Positions 24,908 through 26,574 of a DNA stretch of 26,574 bases are shown here, one piece after another. Every line of letters starts with the position of its first letter. Positions within the stretch are counted from its first letter, which is position 1. Both the position numbers and the translations under genes were made by a program. Source of the DNA: a virus (taxonomy: Duplodnaviria > Caudoviricetes); the IMG/VR virus record IMGVR_UViG_3300005605_001024, positions 1 through 26,574 of that record; one strand, given 5' to 3'. The notes under the pieces were generated by a model, which made no database searches, was not told the origin of the DNA, and was given only the letters and a program-made list of their open reading frames with translations.

Positions 24908-25029
24908 AATACTTACTAATTGCTACAGCCTCTATTTTTGTTATTGGATGCGTGTGTTTGCCATGCCAAAGCTCGTGTCCTTGCGTGGAAAAATGTTCTT
25001 GCAAAACTCCATGTACTTGCGCTAAATAA
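24904..25029 (+). CDS. Cys-rich mini-lipoprotein (41 aa), metallothionein-like
   Basis: Not in the ORF track: MKYLLIATASIFVIGCVCLPCQSSCPCVEKCSCKTPCTCAK. GTGA overlap with the protease stop; lipobox-like VIGC; 9 Cys. Confidence 0.7.
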   Translation: MKYLLIATASIFVIGCVCLPCQSSCPCVEKCSCKTPCTCAK

Positions 25030-25035
25030 GCCTTA

Positions 25036-25668
25036 GTGCTGCATGATTTTTCTCAAATAGCAGAATTCCTCTGGGTATGCGACGACATACTATCCAAGGA
25101 GGAATGCTCTCTTCTTACTAAGGAGGCCTGTCCACACTTGGAGGACGTAGCGGTGTTGGATTATGATGAGGGGGTGATAAAAGATCGTAAGTCTAGAGAC
25201 GCGAAGGAAAGGCTTCTCGTAAAATCCCATTACAATCCCCAGCAAAAGATTTACGGCACGATAGAAAAAATAGAAAAGATAACCTCACTAATCACCCGAT
25301 TACCGATAGAGAATCAAGAGCACTTAAACATAATAAACTATCGCAAAGATGGACATTACGTTCCACATTATGATTTCTTTTTAGAGGGGGCTGAAAACTA
25401 CGAGGCAGACATGGAGAGAGGAGGCCAAAGAGCCTACAGTGTTTTGTTTTATCTGAATAGCTCTTACGATGGCGGTGAAACTGGATTTCCTAAATTAGAT
25501 AATTTTAAAATAGAGCCAAGGATAGGTAGGGTTTTATTTTGGTCGAATTTTTCAGAAAATAAACCCATAGAAGAAAGCTTGCATTCTTCATTACCCGTTG
25601 AAAAAGGGACTAAATGGATTGGAGTAAAATGGGTAAGGTACTCAAAGTACCTAAGCAGAAAAAGCTAG
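25036..25668 (+). CDS. Prolyl 4-hydroxylase-like Fe(II)/2OG dioxygenase
   Basis: HYD, GGQR...LFYLN, GGETGFP and LHSSLPV..G.KW. Confidence 0.88.
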   Translation: MLHDFSQIAEFLWVCDDILSKEECSLLTKEACPHLEDVAVLDYDEGVIKDRKSRDAKERLLVKSHYNPQQKIYGTIEKIEKITSLITRLPIENQEHLNIINYRKDGHYVPHYDFFLEGAENYEADMERGGQRAYSVLFYLNSSYDGGETGFPKLDNFKIEPRIGRVLFWSNFSENKPIEESLHSSLPVEKGTKWIGVKWVRYSKYLSRKS

Positions 25669-25699
25669 ACATATGGAAAAATTTATATAAAAGTTCCTC

Positions 25700-25885
25700 A
25701 TGGAAAGGATCGAACAAGCTATAGACTTATTGGATCAAGTAATAGAAAAATCATCCATCGACGACAAAATAGAGTCTGATAAGGATTCCGACGTTGCTCA
25801 AGATGGGGACGGGTGGATCACGCACAACCTAAAATTGATTAAAGAGTTATTGTATCAAGAACTGGAAGACAAAAACGATGCCTAA
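25700..25885 (+). CDS. Hypothetical acidic protein
   Basis: 61-aa ORF in operon orientation, overlapping the next start. Confidence 0.6.
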   Translation: MERIEQAIDLLDQVIEKSSIDDKIESDKDSDVAQDGDGWITHNLKLIKELLYQELEDKNDA

Positions 25886-26045
25886 AATAAAAGACAAAAA
25901 AAGTTACTATGTCATAACAAACGAAAAGAACTTTACGTTTGGCGCATTTAACTACAACGACGAAGGGCTTAAAAAAGCTAAAAAATATTTAAAAGATCTT
26001 AAGAAAAAGAATAGTGATACTTTCGTTATAAAGGAGGTGAAGTAA
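25878..26045 (+). CDS. Hypothetical basic protein (55 aa)
   Basis: Not in the ORF track: MPKIKDKKSYYVITNEKNFTFGAFNYNDEGLKKAKKYLKDLKKKNSDTFVIKEVK. Confidence 0.65.
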   Translation: MPKIKDKKSYYVITNEKNFTFGAFNYNDEGLKKAKKYLKDLKKKNSDTFVIKEVK

Positions 26046-26084
26046 TTTTTGTATAATAGGCCTTTGCGCTGACCTCTATAAGTA

Positions 26085-26090
26085 GTGTAA
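26085..26090 (+). promoter_or_regulatory. GTGTAA putative phage promoter element
   Basis: Exactly 8 nt before ATG 26099. Confidence 0.6.
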
Positions 26091-26098
26091 AATAAAAC

Positions 26099-26398
26099 AT
26101 GATAGAGGTTAAGGTTTTAAGGCCGTACAAGTGCGCCAAAGAAGTATCTTGTGGTAATTGCGGTATTGACTACCCAAAGCCTCATTACAAAATACTTTTT
26201 GAAAGAAAAAAAATAGCTTATTTTGACGTCAGCAAGGGAAAGAAAACCACCACTATTTGCCACGGATGCTTGTTTAAATTTATAAATAAAATTTCAAGAA
26301 CCAAGAAGAGCACTTATAAAATATCATTTATTAACGGCAGAAAGAAATCCCTAATGGAAATACAACCCTTTAAAGATGACGAAGCCTTTGACCTATGA
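26099..26398 (+). CDS. Putative zinc-binding protein
   Basis: CGNC ... CHGC pairs. Confidence 0.6.
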   Translation: MIEVKVLRPYKCAKEVSCGNCGIDYPKPHYKILFERKKIAYFDVSKGKKTTTICHGCLFKFINKISRTKKSTYKISFINGRKKSLMEIQPFKDDEAFDL

Positions 26399-26574
26399 GC
26401 GAAATATCCTCCATACAAAAACGATTGCAAGGCTCAGATAATGTTCTTAGGTGGTGGGGAACGGAGAGCAGAAAAGTCATAGAAGAAGTTTATTTTTTCG
26501 ACGAATTACTGAAGACAGAGGAAGATGAAGACGGGTCAATTACTGCCTGTTTGGAATATTCGAAAAAAAATCTA
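26395..26574 (+). CDS. Hypothetical protein, truncated by the window edge
   Basis: ATGA overlap; open to the end of the window (MSEISSIQKRLQGSDNVLRWWG...). Confidence 0.55.
   Translation, partial: MSEISSIQKRLQGSDNVLRWWGTESRKVIEEVYFFDELLKTEEDEDGSITACLEYSKKNL

Noticed and set aside
1-26574. Alternative genetic code (stop-codon reassignment)
   Set aside because: Conserved genes are full length under code 11, and TAA, TAG and TGA all end genes at sensible places.
1-26574. CRISPR array, IS element or integrase
   Set aside because: No regularly spaced repeats and no transposase or recombinase motifs seen.

Overview
This is a gene-dense, AT-rich window that reads as part of a large lytic dsDNA phage genome in the standard genetic code. 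There are no capsid or tail genes in view, so the phage call is an inference from gene content and organisation. Left to right it holds: (1) an ~8.8 kb minus-strand glycan-synthesis operon (cytidylyltransferase, GT4-like, GT25, GT-D-like, two exostosin-like paralogs, GT10 fucosyltransferase, GT2 and others); (2) small membrane proteins and a signal peptidase I; (3) a ribonucleotide reductase whose small subunit lacks the radical tyrosine (class Ic-like), with an AT-rich Asp/Asn beta-hydroxylase gene inserted between nrdA and nrdB and flanked by a 26-nt direct repeat; (4) a GT4, an SSB-like protein and a dNMP kinase; (5) a ~400 nt non-coding, heavily base-paired segment that I cannot assign to a known family; (6) a plus-strand block with a degenerate dUTPase, AcpS plus ACP, UDP-glucose dehydrogenase, tRNA-Arg(UCU), HNH endonuclease, an intact dUTPase, a second cytidylyltransferase, a secreted trypsin-like protease, an unannotated Cys-rich mini-lipoprotein and a prolyl 4-hydroxylase. 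A GTGTAA motif lies exactly 8 nt before four start codons, suggesting a phage-specific promoter that makes leaderless mRNAs. All protein calls come from motif recognition by eye; no database search was run.
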